Assembly: GCF_048593235.1 (NCBI RefSeq)
Contig: NC_133617.1
Location: 28,481,767-28,545,766, forward strand
Direction of reading: 5' to 3'
From: Sminthopsis crassicaudata
Taxonomy: Eukaryota
Length of the DNA: 64,000 bases
In this document: positions 25,140 through 37,306 of the stretch, piece after piece
Layout: each line of letters starts with the position of its first letter
Position numbering within the stretch: the stretch's first letter is position 1
The notes under the pieces: generated by a model
Databases searched by the model: none
Told to the model about the DNA's origin: nothing
The model's input: only the letters and a program-made list of their open reading frames with translations
Translations under genes and position numbers: made by a program

Positions 25140-25360
25140 TGTTGATCAGTCATGTTTGGGGTTTTCTTGGCAGAATACTGAAGTGGTTTGCCATTTCCTT
25201 CTCCAGCTTATTTACAGATGAGACAGAGGCAAATTGGGTTTAAGTCACTTGCCCGGGGTCATACAGCTAGAATCGTCTGAGGCCAGATTTGAACTTGGGA
25301 ATTTGAGTCTTCCTGATTCCAGGTCCAACTCTAGTTATTCACTTTGCGACCTATCTGCCG
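25140..25360 (-). mobile_element. Mar1-like SINE
   Basis: GGGGTTTTCTTGGCAGAATACTGAAGTGGTTTGCCATTTCCTTCTCCAGC followed by CORE. Confidence 0.8.
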
Positions 25361-25557
25361 TCAAATATTTATTGATCGTTACCTTAATAAGTCCTAGAGT
25401 TTTATGGGAAATCAAAGTGGAACTACTGGCCTATACTTTGCAAACTCTGTTTTCTCCCCTTTCTGAAATTTTTGGGTGGAATCTTCTTCAACTCTAATTT
25501 TTCAGTACCTCTCCTGTTCTCCAAGAACTGATGGTCACTCAACAATCATATACACTA

Positions 25558-25613
25558 GTGCTTCAGGTACCCAAGGATGTAATTCGTGCTTCAGGTACCC
25601 AAGGATGTAATTC
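25558..25613 (+). repeat. Perfect 28-bp tandem duplication
   Basis: GTGCTTCAGGTACCCAAGGATGTAATTC x2. Confidence 0.95.
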
Positions 25614-26894
25614 CTATGGGCAGAGGACATGGTGACACAAGAACAACTAGGTATACTCTCATTACTCCTCCATTCAACCTGTGATTCAACCCCTCTTGCC
25701 ATTTTTTGTTCCGTGCTTTCCAGATCAAATATTATCTCCCTTGGCAGAAAAGACAGAAGCAACATAAGATTCAAGCAAGTCAGCTTTCTCTTACTTGCAG
25801 CTAGAATTTGAGATCTATCTTCTGAATCCTTTGAAACCTGACTTCTCCCTAAATCTGTTAGACTTGTCTTTCCTTTTCTACTCCATTATAAACTCTTCAG
25901 GTGGAGCATCCCCTTCTACCCAAGGCTCCCTTCCCTTCCATCCTATTACTATAGGATATACTTCCTTGTTGGTGAGAACCAGATCTGGAATAGAATTTCT
26001 GAAGACATTATCATAAATGCAAGTACAGCATCCAGGTATTCAGCTTTCAGTGGTTGAAGACTCCAAAAGACTTGAGGATAATTAAGTTTCCCAACACTCC
26101 CCTGTCATGTCTGTGTACTAAGCATGGGAGATGTTTTCCAGACTCCTCCTCTTCTTTTGGGCCAAGCGGCATCCAAGCATCCTCTAATAAGACTGATTCT
26201 GCTTCTTCTGATCTTTACCAGATGCCTTCCTCCACTCTAATTATCCCCTCAGACTCGTGGTTACTTTTACATGAGTACGTCTTCTTCACATATGATGGTA
26301 CAGATGACAGTTCTGGTTTTGGATCCTTGTCCAGATGATTGTCAGTGAGAAAGGAGAGGATAGAATGGGCCTGGACCAGAGATCACTGAATGGATCCTAG
26401 TCCTGTCTCTAATACTAATTCTGTGTGTGATATTGGACTGATCCCTTCCTTTCTGCAGCTTCAGATTTTGTGGTCTTAGACATTTGATAATCTAAAGTGT
26501 CCTGACAATCCACGTTCTAAGGTTTTTGAGCTCGGGCATCTTTGTTCTCAGAATTCTTCTGTCTTGGAATTCTATATTCTAAGGTCCTTCTAACTCTAAG
26601 GATCATCCTTGTTATTCTTTGTGATTCTTATTCTAAAGTTCTAGAACATAGAATTCTTCTTTAATAATACTTTATTTCTTCTGGTTTTATGTAAAGCCAA
26701 AATTTAGCCTTCATTAAAATTTTTTTGAGTAGAATATAGAACTCCAAGAACATAGAATGCCATGTTCTAAAATTCTCTTCTAACCATAGCATTTTTATGA
26801 TCAATCAAAAGTGTCTGGGACTAAGACATTGACAAGACGATCTGAAAATATGGTTTCTAGGTCTGGTACCTTATTTTTTGGATGCTGACATGTA

Positions 26895-27195
26895 ATTTTT
26901 TTAGTAGTTTTTATTTACCAGATATATGCATGTGTAATTTTACAACATTGACAATTGCCAAACCTTTTGTTCTAATTTTTCCCTTCCTTCCCTCCCACTC
27001 AGATGGCAGGTTGACCAATACATGTTACATATGTTAAAGTATAAGTTAAATACAATATATGTATATATATATCCATACAGTTATTTTGCTGTACAAAAAG
27101 AACCAGACTTTGAAATAGTGCACAATTAGCCTGTGAAGGAAATCAGAAATGCAGGCGGACAGAAATAGAAGGATTGGGAATTCTATGTAGTGGTT
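26895..27195 (-). mobile_element. Marsupial L1 3' UTR fragment
   Basis: T-rich start and TTTTCCCTTCCTTCCCTCCCACTCAGATGGCAGG motif shared with the copy at 28057-28635. Confidence 0.65.
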
Positions 27196-27782
27196 CAGTG
27201 AGATGTAATTTTTAAGTTGATTTTTTTCCTTTCCATAAAAGGACATCTTTTTTTCCTGAAATATATTTTTTAAACTTGCATTTAACTTCCTTTGACTAGC
27301 TTTTAACAGGTGCATCTAGAAAAATAAAATGGGAAAAATGAGAATTCAAGATGAAACCAAAATATAAATGATTCTGAAGGATGGAACATGTATTATAAAA
27401 CTTCTTTCTTGATTATTAGCCCCAATTTCAAATGTGTATGTGGTGACTTTAACACAGTAGCCCCTTGTTTTCACCATCCAGATGAAATTTTGAGATTTTG
27501 AGAACAATGTTCTTGACCTAGAGCTGAAAGAGACCTTAGAGGTCTTCCAGTCCAACTCTCTTATCTTGAGGAAACTGAGACCTAGCCAGATGGAGTGGCT
27601 TGTCTAAGGTCACTCAGGTAGCAAATATCAGAAAGCATAATTTGAACTCAAACCCTCCAATTCCAGAGTTAGCATTCTTTCCACTCTTGTTTCAACTAAA
27701 TACTTCCTTTCTTGGTCAGAAGTGGAATTATAATTCCCAATTAAATTTAGGCTTCTGGTAATCTATAAAGAAAATCTCAATT

Positions 27783-27930
27783 GGGGCAGCTAGATGGTGT
27801 AGTGGATAGAGCACCAGCCCTGAAGTCAGGAGGACTTGAGTTCAAACCTGACCTCAGACACTTAAGACTTCCTGGCTGTGGGACTCTGTTAAGTCACCTA
27901 ACTCCAATTGCCTCAGGGGAAAAAAAAGAA
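27783..27930 (+). mobile_element. WSINE1-like SINE with A-rich tail
   Basis: GGGGCAGCTAGATGGTGTAGTGGATAGAGCACCAGCCCTGAAGTCAGGAGGACTTGAGTTCAAA...CCAATTGCCTCAGG(A)n; AAAGAAAATC on both sides may be a partial TSD. Confidence 0.88.
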
Positions 27931-28056
27931 AAAGAAAATCAGTTCATTAGCAGGCATTTATTAAGCCTTATTTTAAGTTAGGCTTTGTGCTAAATCTGGA
28001 AATACAAATGGAAGGAGAAAGACAAACATGCCCTGCCTTCAAGGAGCTTACATTCT

Positions 28057-28635
28057 TTTTTTTTTTTTTTCATTTTTTTTATTAATTTTTATAATTATAA
28101 CATTTTCTTTGACAGTACATAAGCATAGGTAATTTTTTTTTAACAACATTATCCCTTGTACTCCCTTCTGTTCCGAATTTTTCCCCTCCTTCCCTCCACC
28201 CCCTCCCCTAGATGGCAGGCATTCCCATACATATTAAATATCTTATAGTATATCCTAGGTACAATATATATGTGCAGAACCGAATTTTGTTATTGTTGTT
28301 GCAAAGGAAGGATTGTATTCAGAAGGTAAAAATAATCTGGGAAGAAAAACAAAACAAAACAAAACAAAAATAATGCTCACATTTTACACTCATTTCCCAG
28401 TGTTCCTTTTCTGGATGTAGCTGATTGTGTCCATCATTGATCCATTGGAATTGGATTAGCTCTTCTCTATGTTGAAGATATCCACTTCCATGAGAATCCA
28501 TCCTCATACAGTATCATTGTTGAAGTGTATAATGATCCCCTAGTTCTGCTCATTTCACTCAGCATCAGTTGATGTTAGTCTCTCCAGGCCTCTCTGTATT
28601 CCTCCTGCTGGTCATTTCTTACAGAACAATAATAT
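28057..28635 (-). mobile_element. 5'-truncated L1 (3' end, 579 bp) with 16-bp TSD, inserted into an L2 remnant
   Basis: AAGGAGCTTACATTCT at 28041-28056 and 28636-28651; poly(T) at the left end. Confidence 0.9.
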
Positions 28636-29787
28636 AAGGAGCTTACATTCTAATGGAGAAGACAACACAGAAAAGAGAGGTGGGTTATGGAGGGTACCCA
28701 GCCTGAGTCAGCACATCTTGAGCCTGGGCCTCCTTAATTGGGAGGTTCTGGGAACGACCAGCCAATCAGAAGGTGGAGCCTTTGGGGGGGGGGACAGTGG
28801 GGAGAAGTAACCCTGGGTGGGAGTGAGCATCCTGAGTGAAGAGATTCTGTGGTATAGTAGAAAATGTCCTGGGGAATCTGGGTTGTATAGCCCAGCAAAG
28901 AAGAAATCGCAATTCTGGTTGGAGCCAAGATGACAAGGATTTCATTGTATAGGACCGAATTTGTCCCCTAAGCTAATCCTTTCCTTTAGCCATAGGGTCT
29001 CTCTCATTGCTCTCAGATACCCATGTATATTCTACTCCTAGTTCAAAAAACAAATTACACACCAGGCTTAAACAGACCCTTCAAAAAAAGCAGTCTACAC
29101 ATTTGCTTGTGCATTTATGACCTGAAATAGAAATATAATGTAGGATGCTGACTTGGGTTTCATTGGGGTGAGAGGGCTGGAAACTCAGGGAACGACCTTG
29201 TATGACATTGAATGCTAGAAGCCACCCACTGGCCGTGAAATCTCGCCATCTGTGGACCTCATTTTCCTCATCTGTTAAACAGAGTGATACTAGACAATTT
29301 CTAAATTCTCTTTCAGCTCAGACATTCTCTGTTTCGAGTTTCCTCCGAGCTCTCGCATCCCCTGTTCTAAGGCCCCTCCCAGCCCTGACATCCCCTGTTC
29401 TAACATCCCTCCAAGTTGTGACATTCTAAGGCCTTAGAACAGGAAATGTCAGACCTGGGAGAAGCATTAGAAGAAGGAAGAGCTAATTTTACAGTATCCT
29501 TTGAGTTCTCCAAAAGTTGTATACAAATTACAGTTTTGGTATATTCTATCATTTCAAGAAAATTGACTATTTGCCGGTATTGTGCCTTGATTCCTTTTTT
29601 AATAGCAAGGGAGCCTTTTGAAACATAAGGCAGTACAACCTCACTTTTTTCTAATCCATAATTTGTACGTGCAAATGTCTTTAAAGTGAAACACACACAA
29701 ATAGACGTATATCAAGGTATGTCCAGATAAAAATTTGGATGCCTAAAACTATGAGTCTTGTATGTGCATGTGCATGGATATATGTAT

Positions 29788-29789
<2 letters not shown>

Positions 29790-29837
<48 letters not shown>

Positions 29838-29850
29838 ACACACACACACA
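29790..29850 (+). repeat. (AC)n microsatellite of about 30 units, one interruption
   Basis: Direct reading. Confidence 0.95.
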
Positions 29851-29857
29851 TCCCTAT

Positions 29858-30100
29858 TTGATGTTCAGTTGTTTTTAGTCATGTCCAACTCTTCATTTGG
29901 GTTTTCTTGGCAAAGATACTGGAGTGGTTGTCATTTCCTTCTCCAGCTCTTTTACAGAAAAGGAAACTGAGACAAACAGGATTAAGTGACTTGCCCAGGG
30001 TCACATAACCAGTAAGTGTCTGAGGCCAGATTTGAATTCAAAAAGATGAGTCTCCTTGATTCTAGGCCTGGCACTCTATCTACTGCATCATAGAGCTGCT
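29858..30100 (-). mobile_element. Mar1-like SINE
   Basis: GTCATGTCCAACTCTTCATTTGGGTTTTCTTGGCAAAGATACTGGAGTGG followed by CORE. Confidence 0.85.
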
Positions 30101-30603
30101 GTATCTCTATATAGGTAAAAATTCGGATGCCTTTTAATTAATTTTAATGAATAAGCTGTTGATTTCTGATGGCCACCATAATCTTTTAAAAACAATATTA
30201 AATTACTTCAAAGCCATTCATCAAACTTTGGTTTCTTTGACTAAATCAGTGGATAAGCGCTTAAGTCATAGTGCCACACTGAGCTGCGGTAGCAGCACCC
30301 CGGCCCTCAGGAGGCTCCAAACACTCTCTCTTAAGGGTTCTTGAGTCAGCACCTGGCCCTTGGGGGGCTCCGAACACTCTCCCTTAAGGGTTCTTGAGCC
30401 AGGTTTGCACGGGTTGCCTGAGCCTGGGGTGGGAGCTTCCAGTTGTTGCCATACTGGACGCCTGTTTACCATTACCTCTCCCTGTTTCCAGAATTCACAG
30501 AATTTGAGTGGAGATTCTGCCTAAGCTGCAACGCCTTCAGAAGAAGGATGAGACCTAGGTTTATTTGAAGGATCTGTGGAAGGAAGACATTCCTATATCC
30601 AGC

Positions 30604-31329
30604 ATGAGTACAGAAGTGATTGTAGCGCCCCTCTTCCAGGGCTCCGAGATAAGCACCAGTAACAGGCTGAGGCTGGCCATGGCCCCAGCTCCCAAGAAGG
30701 CCGCCTTGGCCTGCACGGCCACCAGCCAGACGGACCCTTCCCGCACCAAGCTCACCACCATTGAGACCAAGAGGATCATCTCGGTCCTAGATGACACCAT
30801 CCGCAAGGTGGAGCTGGTGACTCTGTTCTCGGCGGCCGCCTACAACCCGCAGTGCTTGGAAGGGCTGCTGGACGAAGACACTGTGCAGGCCATCCGCGAC
30901 CACGAGGACTTCTGCAACACCCTTCTGGAGCTGGACAACCTGGTGAAGGAGGAGGAGCAGGAGTGGGTCGAGACAAGGGACGAGGACCTGAAGTTTCAAC
31001 TAGAGGAGCACAAGCAAAGCCTGCAGCTCCTCAAGGAGGACGTGAAGGCCTCGGCCCGCAACACACTGAGGATCTTCCTGCTCAACCTCCAGGCCGGGGA
31101 GATCCTGCGCACCCAGGTCCAGGGGCGCTGCGAAGAGTCCAACATCTTCCTCCAGGGCCTGATTGAGTTCCGGAGCTTTGTGTTTGAGAAGCTCCTCACC
31201 AGCCCCATGGAGGAGAAGGAAAAGAACGAATTTATGGAGGAAATGACTCTCCGAGAAAAGAAGAACAAAGAGACCATCGAGAACCTTCAAGCAGAGCTGT
31301 CCTCCACCATCAAAACCAGGAATGCCGAG
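30604..31329 (+). CDS. IQCD: IQ motif containing D / dynein regulatory complex subunit 10, coding exon 1 (726 nt)
   Basis: Acceptor ccctgtttccag| at 30491; first in-frame ATG at 30604 (MSTEVIVAPLFQ...SRTKLTTIETKRIISVLDD...FEKLLTSPME...RNAE); donor GAG|GTAGGA. A 6-aa uORF lies at 30548-30568. Four-exon CDS totals 1329 nt (442 aa). Confidence 0.95.
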
Positions 31330-31362
31330 GTAGGAGTGGGTGGCCTAAAGGCCTGGCCTCCC

Positions 31363-31595
31363 TCCCTGGCCTGCTTCCCGGGCTGTTCCCTGGCCAACTC
31401 TCTGGGCTGCTCTTTGAGCTGTTCCCTGGGCTGCTCCCCAGACTACTCCCTGGCCTGTCTCCCAGCCTGCTCCTTGGTCTGACCTCCTGCTCCCTGACCT
31501 TTTCCCCCCTTGGCCTGCTCCCTGACTTGTCTCCCCACCCCTGGCCTGTCCCCTTGCTTCCTGGCTGCCTCCCTCTCCCCCCAGCCTGCCCCCAG
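31363..31595 (+). repeat. 12-bp degenerate minisatellite (consensus TCCCTGGCCTGC)
   Basis: About 10 in-register units to 31482, then decaying. Confidence 0.85.
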
Positions 31596-31889
31596 CATAT
31601 ATATTTAACTGTAGTTCCTGGTTTACTGTGGATCAATGGTGAGGGCAAGAAGGCAGAGCACTAAAAAGATGACAAGGTAGAATTTGATTCATTTAATTCC
31701 TTTGTGCTTCACTTCCCTTAACCAAGTGCTTTTGCCACCCAGACAGCATGCAGTGTCTTTCAATGAATGGGGAGTCCTTCCAGCCTCCCTCATGGAGGTG
31801 CTGAATTCTCGAGCCCCCGCGGGCCCAGGCTTCCTCCCAGGGCCACCCGCCTTGGCTGATGTCACCTTCCCTCCTTTTCTCTGGTCCAG

Positions 31890-32123
31890 ACGGAGAAAGA
31901 GAGCTTTGTGATCAAAGAACTGAAAAGTCACCTGCACCAGGTGCTCAAGTTCTCAGAGAACCACCTGCTGCGCACCAAGCAGGAGGCTGAGAAGCAGCAG
32001 AAGCTTGAGCTACGGGCCTCCAAGGTCCGCGTTGCCAAGATCCAGCAGGACATCCTCATGCTCAAGACCCAGTACCATAACATTGTTGAGGAGAACCGGG
32101 ACAGTGAACAGGCACTCAGAAAG
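31890..32123 (+). CDS. IQCD: IQCD coding exon 2 (234 nt)
   Basis: ctggtccag|ACG; [24 protein letters not shown]...EQALRK; AAG|GTAGGG. Confidence 0.96.
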
Positions 32124-32129
32124 GTAGGG

Positions 32130-32340
32130 GCAGGAGGGGGGCACCTCCAGACTGGCACGGCATTGGGCATCACAGGAGAGTGGGGGACACCTCCAGACTG
32201 GCACAATACTGTCAATCTCAGGGAAGGGGGGAGCACCTCCAGACTGGCACAGTGCTGGCAAGCTCAGGGAAGCGGGGGCACTTTCAGACTGGCACAGTAT
32301 TGACAATCTCAGGGGAGTGGGGAGGGCATCTCCAGACTGT
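32130..32340 (+). repeat. About 46-bp minisatellite, about 4.5 copies
   Basis: Core CACCTCCAGACTGGCAC starts at 32142, 32188, 32234, 32279 and 32327. Confidence 0.9.
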
Positions 32341-33022
32341 GGGGGGAAGAACTCCTCTCCACTTGCAAGGTTTCCACAGGCTGAGGCTAGCCCATCTTGT
32401 CCTGGAAGAACTTAGCTCTGGGAAGAATAAATGTGGGCCTCTGGTCCTCAGAAGGCTTAGGGAGGGAGGACCACAACAGTGCCAACAGCTCAGACCATGG
32501 GCCTCTCCCTGCTAGGGCCACTGAAGCAGCCTGCAGGCCTGTTCTGCCTATTGTACCTGAAGGCCTTCCCTCCCTCCTGTGGATACAGGCTGACACCCCT
32601 AAGCAGGGTCACTCTACAGCCACATGCCATCACCCAAGGCACCAGAGCAGACTTTTTTAGAACTCAGAACCCAGGAGAGCTCTGTCCAGGCCCCCTTCAT
32701 GGTGCCCTCTTCTTACACAGCGATTGGCCAGGACCTTGAAGATTCACAAAAGGCACCGCGTTTATGTTTGCGGCACGCCTGCGAAGAATGGGGGAGATGA
32801 TTTCCTAGATAAAGAAAAGTGAGGCCGTGGGAGACAGAAGCCTATCTAAGATGGCAAATGCAGAGTAGCAGCCAGACTTGGAGTCATTTCAGGTGCCCAG
32901 CAAATGCACCCGAGCTCCCGCTCCAGGGAACGAAGAGCCCAATCTCCAACTCTATCACTCTCTCTATTGCCAAAATTAAATCATTTTTTCTGACTTTTTT
33001 TTTTTCTCTTTCTATTTTTCAG

Positions 33023-33094
33023 AAGAAATATAAACTGGAGACAGAAATAGAGAACTGGATCCAGAAATATGATACTGAGATGGGAGAAAAACAG
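33023..33094 (+). CDS. IQCD: IQCD coding exon 3 (72 nt)
   Basis: tttttcag|; [24 protein letters not shown]; CAG|GTATGG. Confidence 0.97.
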
Positions 33095-34528
33095 GTATGG
33101 GCCTCTGCCACTCAGCTCTCTCCTGTGCTGTCTATAGAGTGATTTCAAGGGTGCCAAGATGGTTTTTCCTTCTTTTTGAGGCAAGGCCTCAGTAATGGAG
33201 GAGTCTCATCACCTGGGAGGGAGCAGGAGAGAATGGGAAAAGCAACAGAACTGGCCGGCCCTGGCTGACCTGAGGGGATGTGGGACCTCGGCAGGCCCTG
33301 GCTGATGGTCTGTTGGTAGTGAAGCCATTTAGGTTCTCGCTTCCTTTGCCACCATCATGGGCTGGGAGATGATGTGGAGGTGAGGAGCATGGGAACAATC
33401 CCTTCAGGTCCTCAACACTGCTTACTAAGGCTAGGTTGACTGTTCTCCTGGGCTCTGTCTCGTTACCCTCCATCATCTCTCCTACCCAGGGAACGAAGGG
33501 TCAGAGCAGGGCAAGATGGGCAAGGGCTGGCTGTCAGCACCACTCTGCAGAAGGTCAGAGCTGGAAAGGGCCTTATAGGCCATTTGGCCCTGTCTCTGTC
33601 TAGTCAGTGAACCCTCTACAGTGTCCTCCTTTGCCTTCTTCTTTCCCCTGAGGCTTATATAACACTGCACACTTGAGTTACTGCAGTAGCTGCTGGTGGG
33701 TCGCTCTGCCTCGGGCCTCTCCCTGTTCAGTCCATCCTCCACTCAGCTGTCAGTGATTTTCCTAAAGTTCAGGTCTGACTATGTCACCCCCTTAACTCAA
33801 TATACTTCAGTCACTCCCTGTCACCTGTAGGGTCAAATAAGAAAATTGTTTGGAAATTGTTTTTTCCATCGGACTAAGCTCCCTGAGGGCAAGGCCTGTA
33901 CCTTCTCATATTGACAATGCAGGAGTGACTCTCTGCTGCCTTGTGTCCTGGCCAACCAATGGCAACTTCTGAGTACTTGTAGGCCTCACATTCCACAAGA
34001 GTACCAGAGAGCTCCCAGAAGCTCCTGGGGGCTTTCTACGCCTAGGCTCCTCATTCATGAAATGGAGCCTCGAGGCCCACATCTACATCAGAGGCAGGAC
34101 AGGTGAGAACACAGGTGTTGGCCACCTTTCTGGCTGGGCCTGAGCACAGGGATTAACGGAGAATTCTCATAAGGCACTTATTTTTATCATCTAATCAATA
34201 TATTGACTGATTAGCTAACTTTACACTGGACAGCTTCTTTGATAGTGGCTAACTCCATAGACCTTACTTAATATTTGGAGTGTCAGTGAACTCTTTCAGA
34301 GTACCTCATATGAGCTTTGACACATGCATAGAAGGCAGGTTTTTGGAGAAGAGGCTTTAAGGCAAGATTCTATAGAATCCAATGCCTTTTAAAAAATAAT
34401 AAATAGTATTTGTACCTTTCATTGTCATGCGATGGTCAGGATATGGTCTGTTATAGGATACCATTCACAGAATACTTCCTGTTACTTTTTCATACTTTCA
34501 TCAAAGATACCTGGCAATGTGTAGAGAG

Positions 34529-34754
34529 CGATAGTTTTCAAGCTTTTTGGTCTCTAGACTTCTTTGTACTTTTAAAAATTATTGAGGATCCCAAAGAACT
34601 TGCATATATGTGAGTTATATCTCCAAATATTTACCATATTAGAAATTAGAAAATACTTTAATTTCTAATATTATGAAAATAGTTTTGACCTAGTGGTCCC
34701 TCTGAAAGAGTCTTGGAGCTCCCAGAGGCCTCAGAATATGCTTTGAAAACTACT
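34529..34754. mobile_element. Old non-autonomous hAT/Charlie MITE
   Basis: Degenerate TIRs (GATAGTTTTCAAGC ... GCTTTGAAAACTAC) and internal AAAAATTATTGAGGATCCCAAAGA motif. Confidence 0.55.
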
Positions 34755-34789
34755 AGTATAGATTTTTTGTTTTGTTTTGCTTTTCATTT

Positions 34790-36000
34790 TTCATTTTAAA
34801 AAATATATTTATTAAAACTTAAATACAAAATGAGAAAAAAAAAAGTCAGAAAAAGGAAAAAAAATGTCATTCACCCCGCAGAATATCAGGGAAGAATCAA
34901 AATATGTAACAATAGATTTCCATTTCAAGAAAGCATATGTAGAAGGCATTTTAGTCATGACTGTCCATCTTTTCTTTGCTTCCTTGTAGGTTTTCTTTTG
35001 TTCTCTACTACGTGCTTTTTACTTTATTTCCCCCCCCCCATTCATTCCTCCCACCTTCCCCAAGTAGACTATGGTTAAAAATGGTTATATTTATGTATAC
35101 ATATATAGATATATCTTCACACACACCCACGCACATACATATATCTAAATACACACATATACATACATACATCTAAAACAATATGAATGTAGCTAACAAG
35201 TAATGTAGATTTCTCTCTTGATTGAATCTTTAATACTAGTATACTTTAATATTATCATAAATACTTTATAGATATAAAATAATTGGCATATAGGTTAGTA
35301 GTTTTTGATAATTTTCATTCACTTTTTTTGGGGGGGTAATAATAGAATCTGTGGGGTTTTTTTCTAAGTTTCTGGTATCCTCTCTTTGTTCAAATATCTT
35401 AAACAGTGATTCCTCAAGACTATATAAATTAGATTATCTTCAGCCCTGAATTCTGTATTCTCTTGGTGTCTATTATAGCTGCTTTTCCCGCTTTTGTTGG
35501 ATTTAGTACTGTTTTATCTTCTTCACATCAGGGACTAGAATACTGCACCCAAAGTGGTGATCCCATTGTCATTGATGAGCAAAAGTATTTTGGGAAGAAT
35601 AAGGGCAGATCTCTTCAACTTTTCATCTGTCTATTGTCCTTTCAGTTTTATCCTCAATTGCCTTCAGGCCTGATCAGATTTTCTGCAAATATAATTCCTG
35701 TCACCACTCATTGTCTTATAAGGGGAAATCGCTCAGTCTTTTTCATTTCTTCAGCCTTCATAACATTAGCGAGTTTGCATTTTAAATCAGTATCTCCCTT
35801 GGCTGCTAGATTGCTCCATTTGGCAAGAAGGATCAAACTCCTGCCCGCCCTGGCAGTTTTTAGATTCGTTTATTCTCATTGTGATCGATTTACATCAGTT
35901 ATAAATATCTTTGGGAAATCGTTAGGTTCCTTCTTTGTTTTCTACTTTTCAGTGACATCAGCTTCCAAAAAAGGGTCAGATTAGGGTTCTCTCTTCATTA
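34790..36000 (-). mobile_element. Decayed L1/HAL1-like remnants
   Basis: AT-rich, A-rich minus strand, with an L1-like 3' UTR at 34790-35100; boundaries approximate. Confidence 0.45.
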
Positions 36001-37306
36001 CACATCATGTATTCCCATTTTTATTCTTTTGTTTTCCCCCTAAATTGATGATTTTAATCTTGGTTCTAATAAGCTAATGGTATGACACACGGCACTGATT
36101 AGCAAATGATTCCTACATCTCTGATTAATCATTTTTTGTCTCTTAGAATACAATCAGCGTAGGCTTTTTGTCATTTTTTTTTTAGCCTTCACCCAGGTCT
36201 GGCCTTTCCTCTTCTCAAAGTGTTCAGAAGAATCTGAGTTCTTTATAACATCCACAGGTCTTTGGGTGGCTTTGGATAGAACGCCAGCCCTGGAGTCGGG
36301 AGGACCAGATCTTTAGGTTTTCTAGCTTGTTGCTTGGGGCTCTCCAGATAGTCAGTATACTTCCTGGAAGGAGAAGCTCAGACCTGAGCACAAGGTCTCC
36401 AGATGGGCAAAGTGTGACATTCACTTTCTGGGCTCTCTGAATACTGCCCAAGATTGCATTAGCTCCTGTGGGGTTTCCATGTGGCCCTGTTGAGTGATAC
36501 TGCCCCAGACCTTGTTCATCTGAATCACTTGTTCATGTAGTTGTTTGTTTTTGCTATAAACTCGAAGGTAAAGCTTTATCCATCCTCCCTTAATCCCCAT
36601 CCTCAGGCCCAGCCAGAAAGGTGGCCAACACCTGTGTTCTCCCCTGTCCTGCTTCTGATGTAGATGTGGGCCTCGCAGCTCCATTCCATGAATGAGGAGC
36701 CTGGGCTTGGAAAGCCCCCAGGAACTCCAGGAGCTCTCCTGGTACTCTTGTGGGACGTGAGGCCTACAAGAACTCAGAAGTTGCCATTGGTTGGCCAGGA
36801 CACAAGGCAGCAGAGAGTCACTCCTGCATTATCAATAGTGAAAGGAAAAAATTTAAATTGGAGGAGAAAGCAAGAACTGCCGCTTGTGAGACCTCTCCTT
36901 CCACCTTCCCTATCCCACAGCCTTCACACCTCCCTGTCTGCTCACACAGGGCATTCTAGTTTGTGAACCTTTCGACTTGGGGCAGTCATGTAGTCTTTCT
37001 AGGGAGAGAAAGGCAGAACTGTTCCTTTAGGCGCTGTTCTCATTAAAGCTCCATTAGCTTTGGGGGGGGGGAGCACTTCCTGGTATGGGTGAAATGCATT
37101 CATGCATTTCTATTTAACCCATGCCTCCAAGTTCCCACAGGGCAGTAAAACTTAGCTCATTATTGCTTTACACTCTCAGGCACTTGGATTTGCCCAAGTT
37201 GAGGGGCTCGCCGTGCTCCATTCCAGGAGGAAGGCAGCCAGACCCCTCCTGTTAGCCACATGAGGAGGATTTACCCAATGATACAAAATTACCTGGTTCC
37301 CTTTAG

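Larger units (their letters stand above)
24400..26330 (-). mobile_element. Ancient L3/CR1 LINE ORF2 remnant, interrupted by younger elements
   Basis: Minus strand of 24550-24660 resembles the CR1/L3 reverse-transcriptase region around the FADD motif; heavily decayed, boundaries approximate. Confidence 0.55.

Noticed and set aside
26460-26800. TTCTAAG/TTCTAGAA-rich stretch resembling heat-shock elements (similar stretch at 29290-29440)
   Set aside because: Low-complexity, MIR-tail-type repeat common in marsupial introns
29494-29502. Extra U12-like donor motifs (GTATCCTTT at 29494 plus; GTATCCTT at 19084-19091 minus)
   Set aside because: Mid-intron, with no adjacent exon or matching TCCTTAAC branch site
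29400-29696. 98-aa minus-strand ORF in IQCD intron 1
   Set aside because: Not recognisable as transposase, retrogene or exon; partly runs through MIR-tail-derived repeat sequence
32130-32340. Regularly spaced direct repeats reminiscent of a CRISPR array
   Set aside because: The spacers are themselves homologous, the context is a eukaryotic intron, and there are no cas genes; it is a minisatellite
35463-35984. 173-aa plus-strand ORF in AT-rich DNA
   Set aside because: Lies in an IQCD intron antisense to an A-rich decayed L1/HAL1-like remnant; T/C-rich strands are naturally poor in stop codons; no recognisable domain
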